Positions 63,879 to 64,000 of a stretch of 64,000 nucleotides of DNA are shown here, in pieces (position 1 is the stretch's first letter; each line of letters begins with the position of its first letter). The DNA comes from an uncultured Gammaproteobacteria bacterium (lineage in GTDB: Bacteria; Patescibacteriota; Microgenomatia; Woykebacterales; RBG-16-39-9b), in the NCBI GenBank assembly GCA_964349395.1, contig CAYGGA010000001.1, forward strand, positions 65,991 to 129,990, in the 5' to 3' direction. The position numbers were made by a program, and so were the translations under genes. The notes below the pieces were generated by a model, which saw nothing but the letters and a program-made list of their open reading frames with translations, was not told the origin of the DNA and did no database searches.

Positions 63879-64000
63879 TTTAAACAGTTTTGCGGACAAT
63901 TAGAAATAAAGCGAGTATAGAAATGGCTAAGGCTGACCAAGAAACCCATTCAAATTTATCCACTGGGCTGGCTTTGGCTGTTAGATCATCAACTACTTTA
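63879..64000 (-). CDS. 3' end of a gene running off the window (C-terminal TM segment)
   Basis: Open minus-strand frame ...SWSALAISILALFLIVRKTV with stop at 63879-63881. Partial. Confidence 0.3.

Overview
This is a 64-kb chromosomal window from a low-GC bacterium with a compact, gene-dense layout and apparently standard code 11. The short UvrC and YidC, the fused OtsA-OtsB, and GH130/GH5/GH18 glycan genes suggest a small-genome lineage such as Patescibacteria/CPR, but I cannot confirm this from sequence alone.

Core content:
- A complete F1Fo ATP synthase operon atpBEFHAGDC on the minus strand (4320-10474).
- Enolase, an NRAMP-family (MntH) transporter, divergent lexA and uvrB sharing a Cheo-type SOS box, uvrA, and a uvrC lacking the (HhH)2 domain.
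- Two paralogous PAS/HisKA sensor kinases, three response regulators, Lon, SecG, YidC, a bifunctional trehalose-6-P synthase/phosphatase, and a malic enzyme.
- A polysaccharide cluster (PIG-L deacetylase, GT2, GH18-like, WbqC, UDP-sugar dehydrogenase).
- Seven tRNAs: Lys-CTT, Arg-TCT, Arg-TCG, His-GTG, Gly-TCC, Leu-TAA, Pro-TGG. No rRNA, CRISPR array or reverse transcriptase was seen.

Accessory signals:
1. At 47.6-50.45 kb an ~85-bp intergenic repeat with terminal inverted repeats occurs five times, separating unidirectional small genes of mixed composition (hypothetical, a DUF2007-like pseudogene, a SAM methyltransferase, a Cys-rich protein). This cassette-array-like block lies 3' of tRNA-Arg/tRNA-His.
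2. Several tRNAs have GC-enriched cargo genes on their 3' side. tRNA-Lys is followed by an 18-bp duplicate of its own 3' end and a GC-rich hotdog-fold gene. tRNA-Pro has a 23-bp 5'-end duplicate and an adjacent large-serine-recombinase C-terminal fragment.
3. A GC-rich islet surrounds tRNA-Arg(TCT) and includes a secreted Trp/Cys-rich protein.
4. A ~220-nt multi-hairpin leader ending in an intrinsic terminator precedes a small-protein/LysE-exporter operon.
5. About 1 kb (62563-63540) is ORF-poor and GC-enriched and carries a second LexA-box-like palindrome.
6. A GC-rich 295-aa ORF with two TATTGC-N5-GCAATA operator-like sites sits between the atp operon and an MFS gene.

All GC statements are by-eye estimates, not computed.
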